Positions 18,975-29,123 of a DNA stretch of 53,938 bases are shown here, piece after piece. The stretch comes from Candidatus Sumerlaeaceae bacterium. GTDB taxonomy: Bacteria > Sumerlaeota > Sumerlaeia > Sumerlaeales > Sumerlaeaceae. The notes beneath the pieces were generated by a model. That model was not told the DNA's origin. It searched no databases and saw only the letters and a list, made by a program, of their open reading frames with translations. The position numbers and the translations under genes were made by a program. Each line of letters opens with the position of its first letter. Position 1 is the stretch's first letter. The DNA is taken from positions 1 through 53,938 of the forward strand of contig JBPCLP010000007.1 of assembly GCA_051003195.1 (NCBI GenBank), given 5' to 3'.

Positions 18975-20069
18975 TCACTGCGGCACAAGTTCACCTTCTT
19001 TTGTAATGCCGCGTGCAGAGTGGACTGCCGCTCTGAGCTTTTCCTTAAGCTCGTTGGTCCGCGCTGACGTCTCATCAGCCAGGCAGCCGGTCGGTCCTGA
19101 CATGTCTCTGCTTTCAGACTTCTTGCACCTCTGATCGCGCTCTTTGATCCAGGCACGCTGCTCCTCTATTAAAGACTTCTGCTCAGCCGTCGATAGGTTC
19201 CGCAAGAGATAGCCATACACATTGTTCAGCTCCCTATCCTCTCGCGCTAGCCGTCGCTGCTCAGCTTCCGTTTCCGTCTCTTCCTTCCATTTTCGAATGC
19301 GAAGACGATAACCTGAAAACGAGACCTTTGCAGAAACCGAGGAGTGCTCGCGTGTTGAAGTACGTCTTACGGGCCCAACGCACAGCCAGGGATCCGGGTA
19401 TATCGTAATGCACTTCGTCCACCACTCCAGCCCCAATGTTGCCAGTTCTTTCTCCCTGATGTTGTGCACAAGTCCATCTGGGCTGCCAAAGTACGCCCAC
19501 TTGCATTGCCTACCCCTGAAGAAAATCCCTTCGTATACCTTACAGTGTCCGCTTGCTTTTTCGACGTATGCGATTAGCATCAGATCATCGGAACCGCTTG
19601 ATGCGATCGGCTGCACATCTACATACAAAGGTGGATCGGTCTGGCCATTACCCACCGCGTACATGACGCCGAAAACTTGGCTTTTCGGCGTTGCTTCAAG
19701 AACGATGATATTTGAGCGGCGCACCTCGTCGCTCATGTCTGGAATGCGTTCGTTATACTCGTAATCAAAAACGACGGCGAGCCGTCCGTCGCGAAGTTTC
19801 CCTAATGCACGTTCCTCAACCCGAGTGCGAGAACTGGTGCGCCATTCGGGAAGGTGCTCTTGGAACTCACCCGGAACGTTTTCAATGCTGCCTGGAACTG
19901 GTTCGTGTTTCCGGTAATAGTTCAACGGCTTGGATTGTTTTGCGATTTGGATCGAAGAGGTTTCGCCAGTATTTGCGGCCACCCGTCCGAACTGCGCTAA
20001 ACAATGTGTGCAGTGAAACGTGAACAGTGCGACAAACGCACTTGTGCGTTTAATGTCCTTCACCGCCAC
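18975..20069 (-). CDS. Secreted protein with C-terminal lysozyme-inhibitor LprI (DUF1311) domain
   Basis: DRELNNVY..L..EQKSLIEEQRAWIKERDQRC...CLADETSARTNEL; N-terminal signal-like segment. Confidence 0.75.
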   Translation of the reverse strand: MAVKDIKRTSAFVALFTFHCTHCLAQFGRVAANTGETSSIQIAKQSKPLNYYRKHEPVPGSIENVPGEFQEHLPEWRTSSRTRVEERALGKLRDGRLAVVFDYEYNERIPDMSDEVRRSNIIVLEATPKSQVFGVMYAVGNGQTDPPLYVDVQPIASSGSDDLMLIAYVEKASGHCKVYEGIFFRGRQCKWAYFGSPDGLVHNIREKELATLGLEWWTKCITIYPDPWLCVGPVRRTSTREHSSVSAKVSFSGYRLRIRKWKEETETEAEQRRLAREDRELNNVYGYLLRNLSTAEQKSLIEEQRAWIKERDQRCKKSESRDMSGPTGCLADETSARTNELKEKLRAAVHSARGITKEGELVPQ

Positions 20070-20109
20070 AGCAGTAATTCAACTTCTCTTCCAGACGCAC
20101 TCAGCATCC

Positions 20110-20697
20110 TTACTTTTTTAAAAACTCGCTGACCGCGACGTTCATGCCCTTTATTTGCGACAGGGTAATCGAATCTCCGCGCTTATAAGTCCGCACTTCG
20201 AGGTAGCCCATCTTGCCCGGCTTACGGTATACTTCCACTTTACCTGCCCCGGCGTCAATAATCCACACTTCTTTCACGCCATGCTTTGCGTATAACGGGA
20301 TCTTTACACTGTGATCGAACTTCAGGGAACTCTCGGACACTTCAATAATCAGCAGCACATCCTGGGAAGTCGGGAGCGCCGACGTATAGAAGTCCTTGCG
20401 TGCTTTCAGCAGCAGCAAGTCCGGCTGAGGCTCACTGAACGTGCCCAGCCGCACGGGCAGTTGCGGGAACAGGATATATCTTTCCTTGGCTTGCTCCACG
20501 AAATATTTATTTAGCGTCGCTACAATTCCTGCATGCCTGCTGCCCATTGGCGTCATCTGTACAATGTCTCCGTCAATGAGCTCCGTCCGGTCCTCAGGGG
20601 TCAGGACACCCGTTTCGCCCATGCGGTGATACTCATGCACCGTAAAGGCGCGACGTTTCCGCTCGGACGTGAGTTGTGCCTGTGGCGAAATGCTCAT
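20110..20697 (-). CDS. Uma2 family (DUF820) putative endonuclease
   Basis: FTVHEYHRM, ELIDG, SEPQPD, LIIEVSESSL, KIPLYAKHGVKEVWIID. Confidence 0.92.
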   Translation of the reverse strand: MSISPQAQLTSERKRRAFTVHEYHRMGETGVLTPEDRTELIDGDIVQMTPMGSRHAGIVATLNKYFVEQAKERYILFPQLPVRLGTFSEPQPDLLLLKARKDFYTSALPTSQDVLLIIEVSESSLKFDHSVKIPLYAKHGVKEVWIIDAGAGKVEVYRKPGKMGYLEVRTYKRGDSITLSQIKGMNVAVSEFLKK

Positions 20698-20907
20698 ATA
20701 GTACCTTTCAGAACTACCCTACAAGCTACGCACCAACATCGTCAAGCGAGTAGGCATACGACGTCACAATCGAGTTGAATCGAGCTTTTCAAGTTTCTCT
20801 GAACCGATATTTGCATCCACCTGCTCCGCATGGAAGATAATGGATTCAAAAGCAGAGCTTCTTCTCGTACTCTATTCTGCCGGAGTTCGCAGTAACTCCA
20901 TGGTTTA

Positions 20908-21576
20908 TTAATCAAAAGCATCCCACAGCAGCGGGGGTTTTTTGCCCGGCTTTGGCGTCGCGAAGTTGTAAAGAGTGTCGAACGTATCAAGACGCTTCAG
21001 CAATTCCAACGAGACCTCTCTCAACATCACCTGGTCACTGCCCACTCTTATCATAACATCATTGCGTCCTTCAGCAAATAGCCTGCCTTCCAGCATGCAG
21101 GTTGCCGGCAACCAGCCCTGGTAGTCTACCTGTACGCCGGATTGAGTTGAGCCAGTATCCTCGTCGAACAGAAACAACACGTAGTTCCGATGCAAAAGCG
21201 ACGGCCACAGCAGTACCAGTTGGCCGGCTGATTTTCCGTTCACCGTTACATTGGGAAACTCATCCGTGCCCTGGTGCCAAAGCTCTAGGTGAAGCCTCGC
21301 AATAACGGGCGCACTTGTGAGCTCGACCGCAAAGCTCCTGGATGAATTCCGCGTGATTTCCAGCGCCGCGGTGCTCAGCTGCACTGTTTCTGACGTCCGG
21401 TCTTTTGCCAACCCGGTACTCTTGTTTGCATGAAGCATCGCTGCAAAGGATGCGCTTTCCTCGAACCCGCGCTGCGCGGCTGTTTCGGCCTGCAATCCAG
21501 TTGTGCAATTAAGCACAGACAAGACTATCGCCATCACCCGATCAACGGTCAGCGATCTGATGCGCATCACAACCAT
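20908..21576 (-). CDS. Hypothetical secreted protein (beta-rich)
   Basis: 222-aa ORF with signal-like N-terminus (LQA-E); no family recognised. Confidence 0.6.
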   Translation of the reverse strand: MVVMRIRSLTVDRVMAIVLSVLNCTTGLQAETAAQRGFEESASFAAMLHANKSTGLAKDRTSETVQLSTAALEITRNSSRSFAVELTSAPVIARLHLELWHQGTDEFPNVTVNGKSAGQLVLLWPSLLHRNYVLFLFDEDTGSTQSGVQVDYQGWLPATCMLEGRLFAEGRNDVMIRVGSDQVMLREVSLELLKRLDTFDTLYNFATPKPGKKPPLLWDAFD

Positions 21577-21618
21577 TCTGCAGACGGGCTACAACTGGGT
21601 CGCTGCCTTCGTCAAGCC

Positions 21619-21855
21619 TCAGTCTACCCGCAAACATCGCTCTGCATCTTCTATCTCTCTCAGATGCAGATGAGCCCGCAAAAATACTTCCTGCGCCAGG
21701 TCTTCCGCGGCATCGCGATCTGCCAGGCGCGCATATGCGGTCAGGTACACGGCATTAAAGTGCCGCAATACCAGGACCGTGAACGCGCGCTCCTCGCCGG
21801 CAAGGGCACGCTTCACCAGTTCCGCATCACTTCTCACATCCTCGCGGTGATCCAT
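21619..21855 (-). pseudogene. Truncated ECF sigma factor (region 2 only)
   Basis: SDAELVKRALAGEERAF...AEDLAQEVFLRA; stops after 78 aa; shifted frame briefly reads FAGRL; no region 4 found. Confidence 0.75.
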
Positions 21856-22029
21856 CGGATTCCTGTCTCCTGCTGTGAAGAGCCTTTGGTGCTCTTCTCC
21901 CGTAATGACGCAGGGACACAGGTTATGGAGGAGACAGGATGAAAAAACTCGAGAAAAATCGGCCGTTTAGCGCCTAACCTGATCATTGCGCTTGTGTAAT
22001 TGTAAGCTAAGCCCCAGAGAACCAATTAC

Positions 22030-22245
22030 ATGAACGCTCGTATCATTGCTCACCCCGATGTCTGTGGAGGGGAACCCTGCATCGCACGGACACGTGTTCC
22101 TGTGCACATTGTGTTAAGTCACCTCGCGGCCGGGGACAATCGAGAAACGATTTTGCAGGATTTCCCTCGGTTAGAAAACGCGGATATCGATGCCTGTCTT
22201 GAATACGCCGCGTATCTCTGCACGGAGAAGTCTATTCCTGCTTGA
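22030..22245 (+). CDS. DUF433 antitoxin (VapB45-like)
   Basis: HPDVCGGEPCIARTRVPV..L..LAAG...ILQDFPRL...DIDACLEYAA. Confidence 0.92.
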   Translation: MNARIIAHPDVCGGEPCIARTRVPVHIVLSHLAAGDNRETILQDFPRLENADIDACLEYAAYLCTEKSIPA

Positions 22246-22592
22246 AAATCGTCGTCGATGAAAGCGTTTGTGCCCGAATTCCGCCGGCACTACGCGAGCT
22301 TGGCCACACTGTAAGTTCTGTCGCGGAGAACGCTCTCAAGGGATTGTCCGACACTGACGTGTGGGAGCTGGCATGTACCAATAATGCGCTGTTAATCACC
22401 AGGGACTATCATTTTACGAATAGCGTGCGATACGATCCAGCAGATTGCTTTGGAATATTATTTATCAAACACGGAAACATCACAGGCGATGATGAGATTG
22501 CGCTGGTCTGCGGCTTCCTTGCCAATTGCAACGTCGCTGAAATTGCGGGCCATTTAGTTTCCCTTTCTCGTCACGGCGCCCGGCTGCGATAA
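22242..22592 (+). CDS. DUF5615 PIN-like toxin (VapC45-like)
   Basis: KIVVDESV, LRELGH, GLSDTDV, LLITRDYHF; TTG overlaps the antitoxin stop. Confidence 0.88.
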   Translation: MKIVVDESVCARIPPALRELGHTVSSVAENALKGLSDTDVWELACTNNALLITRDYHFTNSVRYDPADCFGILFIKHGNITGDDEIALVCGFLANCNVAEIAGHLVSLSRHGARLR

Positions 22593-22665
22593 TGAGCAGG
22601 GCCGACGATGAATAACGTCTCACCCGATGCATAGAACTCCCCTGCGCCGCCAAGTGCGGCTCTGC

Positions 22666-22742
22666 GCGCCCATAGCTCAACTGGATAGAGCGTCTGACTA
22701 CGGATCAGGAGGTTGGGAGTTCGAATCTTCCTGGGCGCACCA
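22666..22742 (+). tRNA. tRNA-Arg(ACG)
   Basis: GCGCCCA/TGGGCGC acceptor stem, TAGCTCAACTGGATAGAGC D-arm, CT-ACG-GA anticodon loop, GTTCGAATC T-loop, encoded CCA. Confidence 0.98.
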
Positions 22743-22933
22743 TTTCTCACGCAGTTGTGACGGTAATCAGCTGAATGTCGTGCATACGCATGCGCTGCTG
22801 AATGCGGAATTCGAAACGCGGAGTGCGGAATACAAAAGCGAACGCATGAGCACGCTAACAGTCGGAACCGTGAGTTACGATTAAAGGTTAGTTCTTGCGG
22901 CTGGGATCCAGCGCCGATCTTCTGAACTGATTT

Positions 22934-23680
22934 ATGACGGACAGTATAAACATTAGCGTCGTGCTGCCGGGCTACAACGAAGCCGACAACATCGACGCCA
23001 TGCTGCACAAGGTGCAGGATGCAATTGCGCCATTGAACCGTGCATTCGAAATCATTTATGTAGATGATGGCAGTACCGATAGCTCGCGCGAGAAGCTGAC
23101 AGTGGCACAGCAAAAGATAGCCAGTCTGCGTGTAATCTTTCACCGCGGGAACCATGGCCAAAGTGCAGCGGTGCTGACCGGCTACAACGCCGCGCGCGGT
23201 GACTTGGTCATCACCATGGACAGCGACCTGCAAAACGATCCCGCAGATCTGCCCGCAATGATCGACATGCTCGAGCGCAACGGAGTGGACGCTGTGTGCG
23301 GCATTCGCCAGAAGCGGCAGGACAGCCGCATGAAACTGTTCTCTTCGCGCATCGCAAACAACGTACGCGGATGGGCGCTCCATGACGGGATTCATGACGC
23401 GGGATGCTCCATGCGTGTGGTACGTCGTGCTGCCCTCAACCAGCTTCCCGCGTTTCGCGCCCTGCATAGATTTCTCCCGACCATCTTAAAAATCCACGGA
23501 TACAAGGTCGCCGAGATTCCCATCAGGCATCACGCGCGTCAGGCAGGCGTTTCCAAGTACGGAGTCGGCAACCGGCTGTGGGTCGGCATCTCCGACATTT
23601 TTGGAATCCGCTGGTACCGTAAACGTTTCGTGCCGCCTGATCGGTGCGAACTCCCGACGCCTACGGACTCGACGCCATGA
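22934..23680 (+). CDS. Glycosyltransferase family 2 (polyprenol-phosphate glycosyltransferase, DPM1/ArnC-like)
   Basis: SVVLPGYNEA, YVDDGSTD, NHGQSAA, MDSDLQNDP, HRFLP, RQAGVSKYG. Confidence 0.93.
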   Translation: MTDSINISVVLPGYNEADNIDAMLHKVQDAIAPLNRAFEIIYVDDGSTDSSREKLTVAQQKIASLRVIFHRGNHGQSAAVLTGYNAARGDLVITMDSDLQNDPADLPAMIDMLERNGVDAVCGIRQKRQDSRMKLFSSRIANNVRGWALHDGIHDAGCSMRVVRRAALNQLPAFRALHRFLPTILKIHGYKVAEIPIRHHARQAGVSKYGVGNRLWVGISDIFGIRWYRKRFVPPDRCELPTPTDSTP

Positions 23681-24816
23681 AGTACCGGCGCTTCGGCAAG
23701 ACCGAGATGATGCTGCCCGTCTATAGCATGGGCGGCATGCGTTTCATTCCCCCGCACGTGAACTCCGAACAGATGGAAGCGGTCATCATGCGTGGCTTGG
23801 AGCTTGGCATCAATCATATCGAAACCGCGCGCGGCTATGGCCCCAGCGAGGAACTCCTCGGCACCATCATGCACAAGCTACCGCGCAACGACATCTACAT
23901 CACGACCAAGATTTCGCCCCAGGACAGCGACGAGGAGATGTGGAAATTCATCAACGAATCGCTGGAGCGGATGAAGTGCGGATGGATCGACAATTTCGAC
24001 TACCACGGCATCAACAACTCGGAGCTGCTGGAGAAAGTGAAGCGCCCTGACGGCTGCCGCGCCGCCGTGGATCGCGCCGTGTCGCAGCGACTAATCCGCC
24101 ACGTCGGGTTTTCAACGCATGGACCGCTGGATGTCATCATGACGGCGATTAACACTGAGCTATTCGAGAGTGTTAATCTTCATTACTACTACTTCAACCA
24201 GCGAAACCGACCCGCTGTCGATCGCGCGGCGGAACTGGACATGGGAGTGTTTATCATCTCCCCTGCGGACAAAGGCGGACAGCTCTTCTTCCCGCCGCCG
24301 AAGCTCACTCAACTATGCGCGCCGATTCACCCCACCGTGTTCAACTCGCGCTGGCTGTTGGGGCTCCACCCGCACGTGCATACTCTGAGCTTTGGCCCCA
24401 GCTTCGTCGAAGAATTCGAGCCGCACTTGCCCGGCTTTGATAACGATGGTCCCTTATCGAATGAGGAGAAGGCCGTGCTTGCGCGGCTGGACGCGCAGTA
24501 CAAAACCATTCCCAACGACGAGTACTGCGCGCAATGCTACCGTTGTCTCCCCTGCCCCGAGAACATCCACATTCCCGAGGTGCTGCGTCTGCGCAATCTA
24601 AGCAAGGCGTTCGACCTCACCGAATTTGGCAAGTACCGCTACAAGATGTTCGAAGTTGCCGGTCACTGGTTCCCCGGCCAGAAAGCCGATAAATGCAAAC
24701 CCTGCGGCGACTGCCTTCCCCGCTGCCCTCAGAACCTCGACATCCCGAAGCTTCTCCACGAAACACACGCACTGCTCAACACGGAGGAAACCGGCCAGCG
24801 AATCAGTTCTGATTGA
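23677..24816 (+). CDS. Aldo/keto reductase with C-terminal 4Fe-4S dicluster domain
   Basis: MKYRRFGKTE, NHIETARGYG.SE, GFSTHG, CAQCYRCLPCP and CKPCGDCLPRCP; ATGA overlap. Confidence 0.93.
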   Translation: MKYRRFGKTEMMLPVYSMGGMRFIPPHVNSEQMEAVIMRGLELGINHIETARGYGPSEELLGTIMHKLPRNDIYITTKISPQDSDEEMWKFINESLERMKCGWIDNFDYHGINNSELLEKVKRPDGCRAAVDRAVSQRLIRHVGFSTHGPLDVIMTAINTELFESVNLHYYYFNQRNRPAVDRAAELDMGVFIISPADKGGQLFFPPPKLTQLCAPIHPTVFNSRWLLGLHPHVHTLSFGPSFVEEFEPHLPGFDNDGPLSNEEKAVLARLDAQYKTIPNDEYCAQCYRCLPCPENIHIPEVLRLRNLSKAFDLTEFGKYRYKMFEVAGHWFPGQKADKCKPCGDCLPRCPQNLDIPKLLHETHALLNTEETGQRISSD

Positions 24817-24817
24817 T

Positions 24818-24868
24818 CAACGAATCGCACGAATCTACTCGAATGTTTGATTCGTGAGATTCGTGGAT
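24818..24868. repeat. Short CGAAT/ATTCG inverted micro-repeat element between convergent genes
   Basis: acgaatcgc acgaatcta ctcgaat ... gattcgtga gattcgtgg. Confidence 0.55.
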
Positions 24869-26064
24869 TAATCCAGCTTTCCGAGTGCCTCTCGGATCCG
24901 CTCCACCCCGCGCTTCAGGTTTTCCATGCTGTTCGCGTAGCTGAATCGCATGTGCTTTTCCGCGCCAAACGCGATCCCGGGAACAATGCTCACCCTGCCT
25001 TCCATGAGCAGGTACTCCGCCAATTCCATCGATCCCGTGATCGGCGTTCCATTAAAGCTCTTTCCGAAATGTGCGCTCATATCTGGAAACGCGTAGAAAG
25101 CACCCCGCGGCAAGTTGCACCGCACGCCCGGGATCTCGTTCAACGCTACCACAAGAACCTTGCGCCGCTCGTCAAACGCCGCGCGCATTTTCTCCACGTC
25201 GTCGGCCGTGTTTCGCATCGCCTCGACTCCGCCCCATTGCGCAAACGTCGTCGCATTACTGGTGCTGTGGCTCTGCAGCGTGTTCATTGCCGACATGATC
25301 TCCTGCGGCCCGGCTGTATACCCCAGCCTCCAGCCCGTCATGCTGAACGCCTTCGAAAATCCGTTCACCACCAGCGTTCGATCTTTCATCTCCGGGCTCG
25401 TTGCCGCGATCGAGAAGTGCTTCACTCCGTCGTACATCAGCTTCTCGTAAATTTCGTCACTGATGCACAGGATGTTATTTTTAATGATCACCGCGGCCAG
25501 CGCACGCAGCTCCTGTTCTGTGTAAACTGCGCCTGTGGGATTGCTCGGTGAGTTTAGTATAATTGCAACCGTGCGCGGAGTGATCGACGCCTCCAGCTGC
25601 TCAGGCGTGATCTTGAAATCCTGCTCGGCCGTCGTTGGCAGCAACACCGGAACACCTTCAGCGGCGTGCACCATGTCGTAATAACTCACCCAGTACGGGG
25701 AAGGGATCAGCACCTGGTCGCCTTGATCCACGATCGTCATGATAATATTAAACAGCGAATGCTTGGCGCCAATGCTCACAAGTATTTGGGACGGTTTGTA
25801 ATCGAGGCCGTTATCTGATCTAAGTTTGTCGCAGATTGCACTCTTCAGGTCAGGCAGCCCGCCACTCGCGACGTACTTGGTCTTGCCGGCATCAAGCGCC
25901 GCCTTGGCTGCCTCTTTCACCTGGCCCGGCGTATCAAAGTCCGGCTCGCCTGCTGCGAAATTCACCACATCCACGCCCTGCGCCATCATCGCCTTGCACT
26001 TGGCGTCGATCGCCAGTGTCACCGATTCCGACATTGCTGCTACTCGGGCTGCTAATTTTGCCAA
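24868..26064 (-). CDS. aspC: Pyridoxal phosphate-dependent aspartate aminotransferase (class I/II)
   Basis: AGEPDFDTP, LNSPSNPTGAVY, SDEIYE, NGFSKAFSMTGWRLGY; TTG start after GAGGTG. Confidence 0.93.
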   Translation of the reverse strand: MAKLAARVAAMSESVTLAIDAKCKAMMAQGVDVVNFAAGEPDFDTPGQVKEAAKAALDAGKTKYVASGGLPDLKSAICDKLRSDNGLDYKPSQILVSIGAKHSLFNIIMTIVDQGDQVLIPSPYWVSYYDMVHAAEGVPVLLPTTAEQDFKITPEQLEASITPRTVAIILNSPSNPTGAVYTEQELRALAAVIIKNNILCISDEIYEKLMYDGVKHFSIAATSPEMKDRTLVVNGFSKAFSMTGWRLGYTAGPQEIMSAMNTLQSHSTSNATTFAQWGGVEAMRNTADDVEKMRAAFDERRKVLVVALNEIPGVRCNLPRGAFYAFPDMSAHFGKSFNGTPITGSMELAEYLLMEGRVSIVPGIAFGAEKHMRFSYANSMENLKRGVERIREALGKLD

Positions 26065-26131
26065 CGCACTGTCACCTCTGGGATATTGTAAATCCAGCTG
26101 TCGAGTGATTGCAAACGCCTGCGCTATTTAC

Positions 26132-28168
26132 TTATTCAGCTTTCGGGTGAACCTCGGCTGCGGCACAATCCGCCATGCCCGTCCGACCCAGCTCGCGTCG
26201 AACCTGATCCATTCCCTGCGATCCGTAACTCCGCTGAATAATATCAGTTAAACGTGCCACCTCCCTCGGCTGGTTGGTGGCACAGCTTAACGCCAGGGCA
26301 GACGTAAGTAGTTGCAGCGAAGCTCCGACCGTACACTCGTTCAGGAACGGTGTAAGCAGCGCACGGGCCTCGTTCACCTGATCCTTGGACAAATAGATTA
26401 ATGTCAGGAGTGCTGCCGCCCGGGAGTAATTCGGTTGTCGGCGCAGCGCTTCCGCGAGAGCCGCCATCGCAGCGGTCGTCTCGGCTGAGTCGTAATAAAG
26501 CAGGGCTCCCAGGTTAAAAGGCCCGACAGGATCCCCGGGCAACGCTTGAATGGAAAGCTCGAACTCCCGGCGCGCTTCTTTGTTTCGCCCACTCGCATAC
26601 AGCGCCTGTCCGCGCAGGAGGTGCAAAGTCGGATACTCAGGTTCCGCGGCCTCTGCTTTTGCCAGGTACTGCAGAGCAAGTTCAGGCCGCCCATCATAGT
26701 ACGCCGCGTTACTAAGCCGGGCATACTCCACTCCCCTGCGGCTTTCGCTGCGCACCCCCGCCCAGTCGCACCAACTGATGATAATTCCGACGGCCAAAAG
26801 CAGGACATAGCCAATGACACGACCGTACGATTTACGACCGGTGAGCAACAACTGAGCTATGCCGGCCACTCCCAGCACCATGGCAGGAAAGATCAACGGC
26901 ATCCGCAGTCGTCCACTCGTGTAGTATAGCGATATCGCCATCCCGAGGCCAACACCGTACAACCACAGAAGCTTAGCAATCCGCTGCCGCCTGCCATACA
27001 ACCCAATCAGTGCTGCGGAAGCCAGAGTGAACGGCCAGATGCAGCCGAAGTTCAGCGGCAACAGCCCCAAAATTACGGATAGTTCACGCTGCACATCGTA
27101 CTCCTCGTAGCTGTAGATCTCTTTCGCGGACAGCAGATCGCGCCATTTGCTCAGCATGAGTCTAAACCAGGCGCCGGGTTCAGCCGCGATCTCATCCAGG
27201 CCTTTATGAAACCAGTACCGGTCGACCGATCGGTAGAACTTTCCGTGCGCGGGCGCCACGACCTGGCCCGCAGAAACGGCTTCCTTGAAGCCATCAAGCG
27301 CAAGCGCGTGGGTCGGGTTACCCGTCGCAGAAAATGCGAATTTCGACTGTTGTAAGTAGCGGCCATGCACGCCCCGGCGGTTCGACTCGAAAAAGTTAAA
27401 TCCGCCCTGCCACGGAAGCACGAGAGTCTCACCGCTCGTCATGTAATTGCGCACGGCCATTGCACCCATCCCCAGAACGGGCAGCAGAAGAAATAGAAGG
27501 GCCGGTCGCCAGTTCTTCCAGCAGAAGTAGATCCATACCGCCAGTAGCGGAAGCACGGGCGTAATCGTTGGGCGATTCAGCCAGCTAAGGGCCGCGAATA
27601 TACCGGCAAACATAACCCAGCGATAGCGATCTGAACCGAGGCCACGCGACGAAAGCATCCGCACAACGCAGTAAATAAGACCCGACTGGAAAAACACAGC
27701 CAGCGAGTCCAGGTTGATGCAATTCTCCAGGCGTATCAGCGGACCATAAGATGCAATGCATAGCCCTGCCACGTCCGCCGCAATCAGTCGCATCCTGCCA
27801 CGCGGGGCCAGGCGTCGTGTCGTATCCCACGCCATCAGCACAAGCAGCACGCCCGCCAGGTGCTGCAGCACACGAATCGTCCAGTACCAATACTTCCCTG
27901 TACACAACATCGTGGCGGCAAGTACCAGCGGATATAGAGGTGCCTTGAACAGCGGCTCCGAACCAAAGCTATGCTGCGCAATCAGGTTTTTCGCCGTTGC
28001 GGTAAGCTCCTGCTCATCCAGCAGCGGCTGGAAAAACAGTACTGACGTTGCGCCCTGCTCGCCTAAATAGAGCAGCCGAAGCAACAGTGCGAACAGCAGA
28101 ACGCCTGCAAGGTGCAGATCCATTCGCACATTTCGGACAGCAGGTGCACGCGGTAGCTGGTCGCTCAT
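26132..28168 (-). CDS. Multi-pass membrane GT-C (ArnT/GT39-like) protein with C-terminal TPR repeats
   Basis: PLLDE first loop, KAPLYPL, many TM helices, RLRMP, TPR-like helices at the C-terminus. Confidence 0.75.
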   Translation of the reverse strand: MSDQLPRAPAVRNVRMDLHLAGVLLFALLLRLLYLGEQGATSVLFFQPLLDEQELTATAKNLIAQHSFGSEPLFKAPLYPLVLAATMLCTGKYWYWTIRVLQHLAGVLLVLMAWDTTRRLAPRGRMRLIAADVAGLCIASYGPLIRLENCINLDSLAVFFQSGLIYCVVRMLSSRGLGSDRYRWVMFAGIFAALSWLNRPTITPVLPLLAVWIYFCWKNWRPALLFLLLPVLGMGAMAVRNYMTSGETLVLPWQGGFNFFESNRRGVHGRYLQQSKFAFSATGNPTHALALDGFKEAVSAGQVVAPAHGKFYRSVDRYWFHKGLDEIAAEPGAWFRLMLSKWRDLLSAKEIYSYEEYDVQRELSVILGLLPLNFGCIWPFTLASAALIGLYGRRQRIAKLLWLYGVGLGMAISLYYTSGRLRMPLIFPAMVLGVAGIAQLLLTGRKSYGRVIGYVLLLAVGIIISWCDWAGVRSESRRGVEYARLSNAAYYDGRPELALQYLAKAEAAEPEYPTLHLLRGQALYASGRNKEARREFELSIQALPGDPVGPFNLGALLYYDSAETTAAMAALAEALRRQPNYSRAAALLTLIYLSKDQVNEARALLTPFLNECTVGASLQLLTSALALSCATNQPREVARLTDIIQRSYGSQGMDQVRRELGRTGMADCAAAEVHPKAE

Positions 28169-28186
28169 GTCAGGCAGACACTGAGT

Positions 28187-29086
28187 CTACTTGTCTGTCG
28201 GATAACGAATATTTAAAAAAGAGCCTTCATCGCTCAGTAGCCAGCAAAGTTCAGGATCGGCCAGCACTGCGGACACGCTCATCTCACGGCCATCCACCTC
28301 CACCGTCTGGTTTACCAGGCGCACTCCATGACTGTAGTCTTTGTAATTCGCCTTGTGAACCAGCGAAAGAGGCTGGATCGGCTTGCCATCCAGTCGATGC
28401 CAGCCGAAGATCGCAACGCGCGGCGGCGGCGGCCGTTGAGATATCAATGGCGTGATCACGATATCCTTTTTCAGGCCGGCCAGCAGTTCACCCACGTGTG
28501 CCCCGCGAGTTGTGCACTCATCCTCAATCGCTTTCTGGCTCAGCCACCACACCGTGGGCGATGTAATTTCAATTTGTGCCGGGCTGAACGGGATAGGGCT
28601 GACTTTGCCCGTCGCCCGCTGATAAATGTCGTTCACCATCTTGCGGGTCGGAAGCGTGCAACTGCATAGGTCCGCCACAGATTGCGCCAAAGGTGCGGAC
28701 ATTGGCACACGAAAGAAATCCGTGTCCGATCCAATTGCCACGTAATCAGGAGCAACAAAATATCGCGCGCGATGCGTCACACCGTTGCTGGTTTCCGATA
28801 TGGATACTTCAACGAAGCGGCGCAGAAATCCCGGTACATTTCCGCTTCGGACCTCCGACAGTATCGTCTGTTCCCGCGCTGCATCAGGCAGCTCGCGTAT
28901 GCGCTCATAAAACTGGGAGCCGGTCAGCGCCGCGGCATCACGTGGCGGCAAAGGCAATATCGGTTGAGCGATCAAACCGCCGGTAGACCACGCCAGCAGT
29001 GCCATCACAGCCATGCCGCGCCGCATCGCCAACCTGGCCCGCCACTCCCCCGCTTTAACTGCTTGCATACAGCGCCTGCCTCTCAT
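28187..29086 (-). CDS. Conserved hypothetical secreted protein
   Basis: Signal peptide (likely start near 29026); conserved-looking PDYVAIGSD.DF.R.PM, LPTRKMV, GWH..G.PIQPL, DYSHG.RLV motifs. Confidence 0.75.
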   Translation of the reverse strand: MRGRRCMQAVKAGEWRARLAMRRGMAVMALLAWSTGGLIAQPILPLPPRDAAALTGSQFYERIRELPDAAREQTILSEVRSGNVPGFLRRFVEVSISETSNGVTHRARYFVAPDYVAIGSDTDFFRVPMSAPLAQSVADLCSCTLPTRKMVNDIYQRATGKVSPIPFSPAQIEITSPTVWWLSQKAIEDECTTRGAHVGELLAGLKKDIVITPLISQRPPPPRVAIFGWHRLDGKPIQPLSLVHKANYKDYSHGVRLVNQTVEVDGREMSVSAVLADPELCWLLSDEGSFLNIRYPTDK

Positions 29087-29123
29087 TCTGAACAGCTAAA
29101 GACTGACATACCGGAGCGACCCA

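Noticed and set aside
22666..22930. Island integrated at the tRNA 3' end
   Set aside because: Downstream genes are metabolic or housekeeping, and no duplicate of the tRNA 3' end was found in the window
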